Of a DNA stretch of 64,000 nt, positions 23,926 to 32,080 are shown piece by piece. The stretch comes from an uncultured Clostridia bacterium (GTDB lineage Bacteria > Bacillota > Clostridia > Christensenellales > CAG-314): assembly GCA_947570215.1 (NCBI GenBank), contig CANOTO010000004.1, positions 92,522-156,521 of the forward strand, written 5' to 3'. The notes beneath the pieces were generated by a model. That model ran no database searches. It worked only from the letters and a program-made list of their open reading frames with translations, and was not told the origin of the DNA. Position numbers and translations under genes: made by a program. Within the stretch, counting starts at the first letter, position 1. Each line of letters opens with the position of its first letter.

Positions 23926-24654
23926 ATGAAACTCGGAGATTTTGAAACAAACAGAATATATAACGTTGACTGCTACCAAGCAATAAAGCACTTGCCGGAT
24001 AGCTGTATTGACCTTATAATTACCGACCCACCATACGAACAAGACGTGGCTCACAGTTCTGGCGCATTCGGGATAGATAAGAAATTGAACTATAAACAAA
24101 TAGCGGACATTTCTTGCGGTATCGATTATTCAATATTGGACGAGTTTGTCAGAGTACTCAAACGTATAAATCTGTATATATGGTGCAGTCGTCGGCAAAT
24201 TCCCAAGTTAATAGACTATTTTGTCGCACAACGTAAATGCCGATACAATATTATTACTTGGCATAAATCTAATGCGATTCCTGCGGCGAATAACTGCTAT
24301 ATGCCCGATACGGAATACTGCCTGTTCTTTCGAGAGCGTGGCGCAAAACTTTACGGAACGCCTGCAAGTAAAAGAACGTATTACATTACGCCGCTAAACG
24401 TAGCGGACAAAAGACGGTTTGGACACCCTACAATAAAGCCGTTAGAGATAATACAGAACTTTGTTATCAATAGCAGCGTAAAGGGAAGTGTAATTTTTGA
24501 CCCATTCGCCGGGAGCGGAACAACGGGAGTTGCTGCCAAAAACAATGACCGACAATACATATTGTTTGAAAAGGACAAAACGCGTTACCTGCAGGCGGAA
24601 AATCGCCTAAATAACATACAAATCGACGGACAGATGACGTTGTTTACAATGTAA
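23926..24654 (+). CDS. Beta-class N6-adenine (or N4-cytosine) DNA methyltransferase
   Basis: Motif IV DLIITDPPY precedes motif I FDPFAGSGTTGVAA (the N6_N4_Mtase order). Confidence 0.85.
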   Translation: MKLGDFETNRIYNVDCYQAIKHLPDSCIDLIITDPPYEQDVAHSSGAFGIDKKLNYKQIADISCGIDYSILDEFVRVLKRINLYIWCSRRQIPKLIDYFVAQRKCRYNIITWHKSNAIPAANNCYMPDTEYCLFFRERGAKLYGTPASKRTYYITPLNVADKRRFGHPTIKPLEIIQNFVINSSVKGSVIFDPFAGSGTTGVAAKNNDRQYILFEKDKTRYLQAENRLNNIQIDGQMTLFTM

Positions 24655-24801
24655 CTTAAAAAAAGTGCCGTTTTTGCAAAAAATAGGCATTTTAAGCAAA
24701 AAAATAAGCGGCAAAGCCAAACACTTTACCTCTATACAAAACGCCGATTGTAGGCGAACGATTTTAACAATTTAACGACCGAATAAGGAAGTTTTTACAA
24801 A

Positions 24802-24963
24802 ATGAGCGCGAAATCTGAAAAATGGAAAAGAGAAAACGCTTTTTATCTGTCCGACAAGTGTAGAATAGCGTTAAATAAGAAATGTCTAAACTGTACGAAC
24901 GTTTGCAAGCAATCTCGCAGAGCTTTGTTGGTTGCTTGTCCTGATTACATTAAAAAGGAGTAG
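24802..24963 (+). CDS. Small Cys-containing protein (53 aa)
   Basis: AAGGAAG RBS. Sequence MSAKSEKWKRENAFYLSDKCRIALNKKCLNCTNVCKQ.... Below the ORF-track cutoff. Confidence 0.4.
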   Translation: MSAKSEKWKRENAFYLSDKCRIALNKKCLNCTNVCKQSRRALLVACPDYIKKE

Positions 24964-25396
24964 ACGGCGTATAAGCGCCTATACAACTTAATAAATGCAG
25001 TTCTACCCACGACGTTGTACGTCTGCATTTCAATCTAAAACGTATCGGCTAATGGTAAGTCCGCCGGGAGAGCGTGGCGACAAACAGGACTTCAACAGCG
25101 TAGGTGCAGCGCTATAAAAACTCGTAATAGGTCGGTTGCTTGTGTGGGTGCCGTCCGAAGTTCCCGGCAAGCAAGGGGTAACAATTCGGATAGCCTTTGA
25201 AAGCGACGGGGTTCCCTTCTGGGTACACGTCTTTTTTTCATTGTCCCAATTTACTGGGACATTTCTGCTCTGGAGAAGCCCACAGGGTACGCAAACTGCC
25301 GGGAAAAGTCAATAGTTTTTTGATATGTTTTTCTCTAACCTGCAGAAATGTCAATGTTTGTCCCTTTCTTTTGGTAGCGGTCGTGCTGTGGAAGTG

Positions 25397-25505
25397 TTGG
25401 CAAGTGGTAAAGTCGTCTTTTGACTTTTCCACTTGTCAATACGTTTTGTGGTAAACTGCTTAACGGCTAAATAGCGGAATCGGCTCGGAAGCAGTTTTCC
25501 ACAAA
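25397..25505. repeat. Two adjacent long hairpins sharing a GTGG-T-AAA / TTT-T-CCAC core
   Basis: Hairpin 1 spans 25397-25439 (18 paired positions, including 1 T:T mismatch and 1 G:U pair). Hairpin 2 spans 25445-25505 (about 16 bp, the same T:T mismatch, 28-nt loop). Confidence 0.7.
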
Positions 25506-25683
25506 TCCATCAGCATAAGACGGAAAGGGGGTTCGGGGGAAAACCGAACGTACGACGGGAAAAGTCTGGAAAAATTTTGGACGTGAATTTTTTCAAAAAA
25601 CAAACAAAAGACTTGCTACATTGCAAGCCTTTTGAAACAGTTTATTTTGACCTTTGATTGTTGGGGGTATGTTGGGTTTTTAA

Positions 25684-25738
25684 TTGATATACACAATATA
25701 TTGTGGTACAATGTCTAAAAATTCCACAATATATTGTG
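25684..25738 (+). promoter_or_regulatory. Outward-facing near-consensus promoter with two copies of a 14-bp palindrome
   Basis: TTGATA (25684-25689), 17-nt spacer, TACAAT (25707-25712). CACAATATATTGTG occurs at 25692-25705 and 25725-25738. Confidence 0.5.
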
Positions 25739-25768
25739 TTTTTGAATGTCTGGGCAAAGTTTAATCGT

Positions 25769-25793
25769 GGTTCGAATCCCGTCTCCCGCTCCA
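25769..25793 (+). repeat. attR core (copy of the tRNA-Gly GCC 3' end)
   Basis: Identical 25-mer to 8474-8498. No 5' tRNA half lies upstream. Confidence 0.9.
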
Positions 25794-25825
25794 TTACGCT
25801 TATCGAAAGATAAGCGTAATTTTTA
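25794..25825 (+). terminator. Ancestral terminator of the tRNA array, displaced by the insertion
   Basis: 11-bp stem TTACGCTTATC/GATAAGCGTAA with a GAAA loop and a T5 tail. Confidence 0.7.
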
Positions 25826-26102
25826 TTTAATGGGATTAGAGCCCGCGTCAAGCGTGTAATGTGTTTTCATCTCGTTTCTCGCTCCGATATGATATCCCGA
25901 CTTATGTCGTCATATTATACACCTTTGAAGAAATTCTAACCCGCGTGTTATGTGCAAGCTTGTAATTACCGAAATATTTGACTAAACTTTTTGTCGATGT
26001 TATAATAAAAACATGAGTTACATATTTGTTTGTTCATTCTCAAATTTCTCCAAAGTGGAGCTAACGTTATATAATTTTAATTGAGTAATTTTAGAAATAT
26101 TT

Positions 26103-26615
26103 ATGGAAATATATACAAAAAGGCTCGTTTTGCGACCGCTTGCGCCTGACGATCTGCAAACGACTCACGAATATGCGTCCGATAAAGATACCTGCAAATA
26201 TATGATTTTTATGCCTAATAGAACTATTGACGAAACAGCGGAATTTTTGCAGGCAGTGGAACGTAATTGGAATGCCGAAAAACCGCTGTCGTACGAATTT
26301 GCAATATGTATTGACGGCAGGCGCATAGGTGCGATTAGCATCGCTCTCGAAACCGAATCGGTTGGCGAAATAGGTTGGGTACTCAATTCCGCTTATCGAA
26401 GGTGCGGCTACTGCACAGAAGCGGCAAAGGCGATTGTCCGTTTTGCCAAGGCTACGTTGAAGCTTGACAAATTGGTTGCTCATTGCGATACTCGCAATGT
26501 CGCAAGCTATCGTGTAATGGAAAAACTGGGTATGCGCAAAGTCGGTGAAAGCCGCCGTGAATATTTTGACGAGCGCGGAATAGCGAGCGAATACGAGTAC
26601 GCTATGGATTTGTAA
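26103..26615 (+). CDS. GNAT-family N-acetyltransferase (RimJ/RimL-like)
   Basis: N-terminus TKRLVLRPL...D and an acetyl-CoA binding region RRCGYCTEAAKA. 170 aa. Confidence 0.8.
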   Translation: MEIYTKRLVLRPLAPDDLQTTHEYASDKDTCKYMIFMPNRTIDETAEFLQAVERNWNAEKPLSYEFAICIDGRRIGAISIALETESVGEIGWVLNSAYRRCGYCTEAAKAIVRFAKATLKLDKLVAHCDTRNVASYRVMEKLGMRKVGESRREYFDERGIASEYEYAMDL

Positions 26616-26636
26616 AACAGGGGGGGGATTAAAGAC

Positions 26637-27332
26637 ATGAAATACGATATTTTACTGTTCGACGCGGATAATACCGTTTTGGACTTCGACAAGTCCGAAG
26701 AACAGGCGTTAAAACGGGCTTTTGCTGAATGCGGTTTGCCCATTGGTGCGGATACTTTGCCGACGTACCGCAAAAACAATATCCGCCAATGGCATATGTT
26801 CGAGCAAGGCAAAACGGGAAAAAGTCAAGTGCTTGTAAACCGCTTTGTGGAAACGTTTGCGGAATTGAATTTGCCGAGCGAAAAGGTCTACAAAGCTTCG
26901 GCATTATACGAAGAATACCTGCATTACGGATACTTTACCGTAGCTCATGCGGAAGAAGTATTGGAAGAATTGGGAAAAAATTGCAGACTTTATATTGTCT
27001 CCAACGGAGTCAAGTCTATACAGGACAGCCGTATGAAGGGCAGCGGCTTGGAAAAATATTTTATAAAACGTTTTGTCTCGGAAGAAGTAGGCTGCCACAA
27101 GCCGCAAAAAGGCTTTTTCGATTATTGCTTTGAACGTATATCAGACTTTGATAAGTCGCGCGCGTTAATAATAGGCGACTCCTTAACCAGCGATATCCAA
27201 GGCGGAGTAAATGCAGAAATCGACACTTGCTGGTTCAATCCCAATCATATTGTCAACTCGTCAAACATGACGCCGAACTACGAAATAGACGATTTGCGAC
27301 AGTTGACGTCAATTGTAAACGGTAATAAATAG
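26637..27332 (+). CDS. HAD-family hydrolase (YjjG-like nucleotidase type)
   Basis: HAD motif I LLFDADNTVLDF, motif II SNG and motif IV GDSLTSDIQGG. Confidence 0.8.
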   Translation: MKYDILLFDADNTVLDFDKSEEQALKRAFAECGLPIGADTLPTYRKNNIRQWHMFEQGKTGKSQVLVNRFVETFAELNLPSEKVYKASALYEEYLHYGYFTVAHAEEVLEELGKNCRLYIVSNGVKSIQDSRMKGSGLEKYFIKRFVSEEVGCHKPQKGFFDYCFERISDFDKSRALIIGDSLTSDIQGGVNAEIDTCWFNPNHIVNSSNMTPNYEIDDLRQLTSIVNGNK

Positions 27333-27353
27333 TTCAAACGGGAGGAAAAGTCA

Positions 27354-27860
27354 TTGTTCAAAACCATTAAAGAAGCTGTAAGCGAAATCGTTATTCCCGT
27401 ATTGCTTGAAAACGGCTTTGTTTTGGGAAAAGACGGTTGCAATACATATTATCGTAAATCGGAAAATTATTTGGAAATCATTTATATAGGCCCGACAAAG
27501 TATGGAAATTCGTACGTTGTCAGGGCATCAATAGTGTATTTGAGTAATAACGAGAAAAATAATAATATCGATTACCGTTTATTTACGGGCAATATCGATG
27601 AAATAATCCCAGATGAGTGCATAAAAGAATATTATATGAAAGGATGTTTCGGTACTGACGAGTTCTTTTTTCATAACGTTTATTATGATATTGGTATGGG
27701 ATTGGGCGTAATAGGAGTCGCAAAAAATGCAAAGAAGCCTTTTGGCATCAGACTTCAGAAATATGACGATAATACTTACGGAAAAGTGTGTAATAAGATT
27801 GTCAAAAAACTGCCGAAATTGTTAAAATGGCTGGATAATATGAAAAAGAAAAATCAGTAA
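27354..27860 (+). CDS. Hypothetical protein (168 aa, TTG start)
   Basis: GGGAGGAAAAG RBS. AT-rich and Y/N/K-rich. No confident family. Confidence 0.5.
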   Translation: MFKTIKEAVSEIVIPVLLENGFVLGKDGCNTYYRKSENYLEIIYIGPTKYGNSYVVRASIVYLSNNEKNNNIDYRLFTGNIDEIIPDECIKEYYMKGCFGTDEFFFHNVYYDIGMGLGVIGVAKNAKKPFGIRLQKYDDNTYGKVCNKIVKKLPKLLKWLDNMKKKNQ

Positions 27861-27862
27861 GT

Positions 27863-28456
27863 TTAGTTGTATTTTAATTTATTTAGTAGATTTCTCAACG
27901 CGCGGGAGCGGTGGCTCACGGCGTTTTTTTCTTCTTCCGTAGCTTCGCCGAAGCTTTTGCCTAACTCGTCGCAGAAGAATATGCAATCGTAGCCGAAGCC
28001 GTTGCCGCCTGTTTCTCTTTCCAAAATACGTCCGTCCACGCGTCCGTCGGCGGCAAAAGTGGTCCCGTCGGGATAACGCAGAACGACTGCGGTTTGAAAA
28101 TATGCGGAACGGTCGCTTTTTTGCTGTAATTTTTCCAATAATTTATTACGATTTTTTGCGCTGTCGTGATCACCTCCGTATCTTGCGGAGTATACGCCGG
28201 GTTCTCCGTTTAGGCTGTTTACGCACAGCCCCGTGTCGTCCGCCAAGACGGCGCAGTCGCGTGCTTCGCTTGCTGCAACATTGGCTTTGATAAGCGCGTT
28301 TTCGTAAAAGGTTGCGCCCGTTTCTTCCGGCTCGCAGTCAATGTCCGCTTCCTTCAAACCGATAATCTTGTCGAAACGGCCGTTCAGTATCTTTTTTATT
28401 TCCGCTATTTTGTGGGCGTTATTGCTCGCTATCAGTAGAGTGGTTTTGTCCTTCAT
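27863..28456 (-). CDS. rdgB: Non-canonical purine NTP pyrophosphatase (RdgB/HAM1 family)
   Basis: N-terminal ASNNAHKIAEI and the motifs GFGYD and SHR. Confidence 0.88.
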   Translation of the reverse strand: MKDKTTLLIASNNAHKIAEIKKILNGRFDKIIGLKEADIDCEPEETGATFYENALIKANVAASEARDCAVLADDTGLCVNSLNGEPGVYSARYGGDHDSAKNRNKLLEKLQQKSDRSAYFQTAVVLRYPDGTTFAADGRVDGRILERETGGNGFGYDCIFFCDELGKSFGEATEEEKNAVSHRSRALRNLLNKLKYN

Positions 28457-28886
28457 AAAATACTATATTAGGGTTTAGCGAAAGCAGCAAATCCTTCATT
28501 TTACAGTACTGCTTGGGGTTGATTACTATTGCGGCAATTATCGGGTCTACGCCGTCCTTGTACAGATAGCTTATATACATGCATCCGTCTTCTATAACGA
28601 TATTCAGTATTTTGTCTATCCGTACGCGTCCGCCCAAAACGTCGATAAAGCCGAGATTAAGCCGCAAAAAGTTTTTGTCTACTTTGTAGTGTAGCGTAGC
28701 GAAAAGTAACGCAATTACGGCGCATAGCGGGCATATGCTAAGTAGCAGAATAGCTCTGTTTTGCGACAGCTCTATCGGAACGCCGGCAATAACCAATAAC
28801 CCGACGATTGCTCCTACTAAAGATACTGCCGCCATAACGTACAGCAAAGCTTTTATAACGGGTGTAAAATACGCTTGAAATCTCAT
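28419..28886 (-). CDS. Small membrane protein (two TM helices plus a soluble C-terminal domain)
   Basis: Start taken at MRFQAYF. The upstream 153 codons of the track ORF are antisense to alr and look non-coding. Confidence 0.5.
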   Translation of the reverse strand: MRFQAYFTPVIKALLYVMAAVSLVGAIVGLLVIAGVPIELSQNRAILLLSICPLCAVIALLFATLHYKVDKNFLRLNLGFIDVLGGRVRIDKILNIVIEDGCMYISYLYKDGVDPIIAAIVINPKQYCKMKDLLLSLNPNIVFYEGQNHSTDSEQ

Positions 28887-28952
28887 GGGAATATTGTAGC
28901 ACATTTGCCCGATATAGTAAATATAATTATTACAGTATTTAGGAGATTGACG

Positions 28953-29954
28953 TTGCAAATAATAGATTACGATGCATTGATTAAAAACGCCGAGTATTTC
29001 AAAAAAATTTTGGGCAGTTCTAAGTTGTGCGCGGTTATCAAAAACGACGCTTACGGACACGGCTTGGACCGCATAGCGCGTTACCTTGCGCCTATTGCGG
29101 ACTTTTTTGCAGTGGGCAGCGTTTACGAAGCGGAGCAGGCTGCGCGCTTCAAACGCGACGTTTTGGTGCTGATTCCGACGGCGGAGGAAATCGAAATAGT
29201 CAGGGCTGTCGAATCGGACGTAGTTCTTACTGTCGACAGCTTTACAACGCTTTTTGCCGTCAATACATCGGCAGAAAAAGCAGGCAGACGCGTGCGGGCG
29301 CATATCAAAATAGACAGCGGAATGTCGCGGTTGGGATTTTTGCAAAAGGATTTACCCAATTTAATAAACACGCTTGAAAAGCTGCCTTTAATCGATGCGG
29401 AAGGGGTGTATTCCCACTTTTGGGGCGCCGACGAGCAAAGCTGTGACAGTCAGCTCGAATACTACCTAAAGTGCGCCGAAACGCTGGAAAACGGCATAAA
29501 CAAGCGTTTGATAAAGCATATAGCCAATACTTCCGCCGCGTTGTTATCCGATAAATACCGTTTGGATATGGCGCGCGTGGGACTGGGCTTGTACGGCTAC
29601 GGAAGCGATGCATTGCGCCCAGTAAAGACTGTTACAGCCCGCGTTGTAGCTGTTAAACATGTATTGCGCGGCGAAGTAGTGGGCTACGGCGGAATGTTCA
29701 AGTGCGAAAAGGACGTGGACATTGCGGTAATAAACGCGGGCTACGCAAACGGCTTCGCGCGTACTCTTACAAGTGCTTACGTGCGCGTCAACGGAAGATT
29801 TTGTCCTGTTGTGGCGGTGTGCATGGCAATGATAATGGCGGACGTGAGCGACGTTTCGGTACGAGTAGGCGACGAAGTAACTCTTGTGGGTGAGGGCGTA
29901 AATATCAGTAACGAAAAGGTTATAATATACGAGCTGCTATGTAATCTGCATTAG
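28953..29954 (+). CDS. alr: Alanine racemase
   Basis: PLP-lysine motif AVIKNDAYGHG and a conserved C-terminal barrel. TTG 28953 sits 7 nt after AGGAG. The track start at 28875 has no RBS. Confidence 0.85.
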   Translation: MQIIDYDALIKNAEYFKKILGSSKLCAVIKNDAYGHGLDRIARYLAPIADFFAVGSVYEAEQAARFKRDVLVLIPTAEEIEIVRAVESDVVLTVDSFTTLFAVNTSAEKAGRRVRAHIKIDSGMSRLGFLQKDLPNLINTLEKLPLIDAEGVYSHFWGADEQSCDSQLEYYLKCAETLENGINKRLIKHIANTSAALLSDKYRLDMARVGLGLYGYGSDALRPVKTVTARVVAVKHVLRGEVVGYGGMFKCEKDVDIAVINAGYANGFARTLTSAYVRVNGRFCPVVAVCMAMIMADVSDVSVRVGDEVTLVGEGVNISNEKVIIYELLCNLH

Positions 29955-30005
29955 GATAAAACTTCTTTACTAATTTGTGTAAATAGTGTACAATATTACG
30001 GTATT

Positions 30006-30542
30006 ATGAGAGTAATTACCGGAAAATACAAAGGGCGCACGCTAATCGCCCCCAAGGAAAACGCTCGTCCGACGTTGGACAGAATGAAAGAAACTCTGTT
30101 CAACATTATAAACGGCAAAATAGACGGCGCTACGGTTTTGGACCTATTTGCGGGTTCGGGACAGTTTGCTATAGAGTGTTTAAGCCGCGGAGCCCAAAGG
30201 GCGGTTTTGTGTGATAACAGCCGTTCGGCGGTGAACGCTATTAGGGTAAATTTTGCTAAAATAGGTGAGAAAGAAGAACTATTTGTGTGCGATTATAAGA
30301 CTTGTATATCGGCATTAAAATGCAAATTCGATATAATATTCGTAGATCCGCCTTACAAATCGGGCTACTATCAAGACGTATTGGAGAAGATAAGCTCGCT
30401 GAATTTGCTTGCAGACGGCGGAGTTGTTATATGCGAGCATTTAGCGGAAGACAAATTGCCCGCGGACGTTTGCGGACTGTCCGTTTTCGATTGCAGAAAA
30501 ATAGGCACGGTGCAATTCGAATTTTACAAAAGGAGTTGTTAA
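30006..30542 (+). CDS. rsmD: 16S rRNA (guanine966-N2)-methyltransferase RsmD
   Basis: DLFAGSGQFAIE SAM motif and DPPY. rsmD-coaD gene order. Confidence 0.88.
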   Translation: MRVITGKYKGRTLIAPKENARPTLDRMKETLFNIINGKIDGATVLDLFAGSGQFAIECLSRGAQRAVLCDNSRSAVNAIRVNFAKIGEKEELFVCDYKTCISALKCKFDIIFVDPPYKSGYYQDVLEKISSLNLLADGGVVICEHLAEDKLPADVCGLSVFDCRKIGTVQFEFYKRSC

Positions 30543-30544
30543 TT

Positions 30545-31024
30545 ATGCGAATAGGAGTTTTTGCGGGGTCGTTTTGCCCTGTTACGAAAGGTCATGTCGA
30601 CGCGATAGAAAAGGCGGCTAAGCTTGTAGACAAGCTATATGTCGTAATGGGAGTCAATGCGAATAAAAGCTATTCTATTTCCAAGCAGGCTCGGCTCGAA
30701 ATGCTTTCAAGGTCCATCAATCATATCCTAAACGCTCAAGCGGTTGCATTCGACGGCATGCTGACGGAGTATTGCAAGCAGGTAAACGCGAGCGTTATGA
30801 TTAAGTCTGTACGCAACGCAATGGATACGCAGTCAGTAATAGATTTGGCTGACATAAACAAAGTTTACTGGGACGGAGAAACGGTTTTCGTTGTTGGAAG
30901 CAAGGAGTACCGTCATATTTCCAGTTCGTTAGTTCGCGAGCTGGCTTCGCTGAAACAAAACTACGATAATTATGTGCCGAGCTGTTGCGTTGAAGAATTG
31001 CACAAGTATTTGACGGTAGAATAA
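30545..31024 (+). CDS. coaD: Phosphopantetheine adenylyltransferase
   Basis: N-terminal GSFCPVTKGH (the T/HxGH motif) and ISSSLVRE. Start at MRIGVF. Confidence 0.9.
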   Translation: MRIGVFAGSFCPVTKGHVDAIEKAAKLVDKLYVVMGVNANKSYSISKQARLEMLSRSINHILNAQAVAFDGMLTEYCKQVNASVMIKSVRNAMDTQSVIDLADINKVYWDGETVFVVGSKEYRHISSSLVRELASLKQNYDNYVPSCCVEELHKYLTVE

Positions 31025-31026
31025 AT

Positions 31027-32031
31027 ATGATTATTAAGCAAAAGACTTTACCGCAGCCTGAGAGAGTGCGCGTTGCAATGCCTTTGAAGGTAGAGCTTCA
31101 ACAAACGAAAGCGCGGTTTGACAAAGAGTTGATTGATAATTTTACGGCGAAAAAAAGATTCGTCGCCGTGGTAGGTCCGTGTTCGGCAGACGACGTAAGC
31201 GCAATGAAGGAGTATGTAAATAAGCTATCCGATATTGCGAAGAGCTGTCCGGATTTGCTTGTGGTCGCCCGCGTATATACTGCAAAGCCGCATTCAAACG
31301 GTACGGGATATATGGGCGCGTGCTTTCAGGAAAAAGACGGCGACGAAGCGGACGTGGCTTCTGGAATAGTCAGGTGCCGCAGGATGATGATGGATTGTCT
31401 CGAAGCGGGGTTGCCCGTGGCGGACGAATTGCTGTATCCCGATTTGTACGAGTACTTTCGAGATCTTGTATCTTATTGGTTTGTGGGCGCAAGAAGCTCT
31501 GAAAACAGTTTACTGCGCGCGGTTGCTTCGGGCTTGGACGTTTGTTGCGGTATCAAAAACGGTACTGACGGCGAAATAGACAAAGCAGTGGATTCCGTTT
31601 ATGCGGTAAGCAATTCCTGCGTTTACCCGTATGCGGGCGTTCAATTTGAAACGCGCGGTTGCAGATTCGCTCACTTAACGCTGCGCGGCGGTATTAGGGG
31701 AAGAAAGGGCGAGCAGGCGTTTGTGAACAATATGGATGCCGATAGCGTGCGTAGAGCAAAGCGCTTACTCGCAAACTACGGGTTAAGCGATTTCGTGATG
31801 GCGGATTTGAGTCACGGCAACAGCGGTAAAGTAGCTAAGCGACAGATAGATAACGCATTGATGGCGGTTCGCAATACGGATATAAACGGTGTTATGATAG
31901 AAAGCTATCTTTACGAGGGCGGACAATCGGGAGAATACGGCGTTTCGCAGACGGACGACTGCCTATCTTTCGACGACACCGAGAACGTTTTGCGCGCATT
32001 GCAACGCACGTTATCGCAACGCCGTCGATAA
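31027..32031 (+). CDS. 3-deoxy-7-phosphoheptulonate (DAHP) synthase, class I
   Basis: VVGPCSADD motif, 334 aa, AroF/G/H-like length and pattern. Confidence 0.75.
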   Translation: MIIKQKTLPQPERVRVAMPLKVELQQTKARFDKELIDNFTAKKRFVAVVGPCSADDVSAMKEYVNKLSDIAKSCPDLLVVARVYTAKPHSNGTGYMGACFQEKDGDEADVASGIVRCRRMMMDCLEAGLPVADELLYPDLYEYFRDLVSYWFVGARSSENSLLRAVASGLDVCCGIKNGTDGEIDKAVDSVYAVSNSCVYPYAGVQFETRGCRFAHLTLRGGIRGRKGEQAFVNNMDADSVRRAKRLLANYGLSDFVMADLSHGNSGKVAKRQIDNALMAVRNTDINGVMIESYLYEGGQSGEYGVSQTDDCLSFDDTENVLRALQRTLSQRRR

Positions 32032-32048
32032 AATATTGAGAATAATAC

Positions 32049-32080
32049 CAAAGCTCTCGGCAATTACCGAGAGCTTTTTA
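32049..32080. terminator. Bidirectional terminator between convergent genes
   Basis: 11-bp stem AAAGCTCTCGG/CCGAGAGCTTT flanked by A and T runs. Confidence 0.6.

Larger units (their letters stand above)
8474..25793. mobile_element. 17.3-kb integrative element (prophage-like, possibly filamentous-phage-like) in tRNA-Gly(GCC)
   Basis: Perfect 25-nt direct repeats at both ends. Tyrosine integrase and XRE repressor sit at the left end. The ancestral tRNA terminator is displaced to 25794-25825. Cargo genes are unidirectional. Confidence 0.85.

Noticed and set aside
25197-25454. 85-aa (+) and 64-aa (-) ORFs in the right arm
   Set aside because: They are Cys/Phe-rich, have no RBS, overlap each other and span obvious hairpins. 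They are treated as non-coding.
25397-25505. CRISPR-like or retron-like repeat structure
   Set aside because: There are only two repeat units, and they are inverted-repeat hairpins rather than direct repeats with spacers. No cas gene or reverse transcriptase gene occurs anywhere in the window.
25719-25825. The idea that the attR-crossing transcript forms a tRNA-like minihelix or a functional tRNA fragment
   Set aside because: The 5 nt preceding the copied T-loop (CGTGG) cannot pair with CCCGT. No 5' acceptor strand (GCGGGAG) exists upstream, so no tRNA-like fold is supported.
26620-26627. G8 tract just upstream of the HAD hydrolase start, as a phase-variation site
   Set aside because: It lies in the core genome at the Shine-Dalgarno position of a housekeeping-type gene. 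It most likely just acts as a G-rich RBS. It is noted only because G-runs are rare here.
28887-29345. Upstream 153 codons of the 308-aa minus-strand ORF
   Set aside because: It is antisense to alr and its composition is not protein-like. The membrane protein plausibly starts at 28886.
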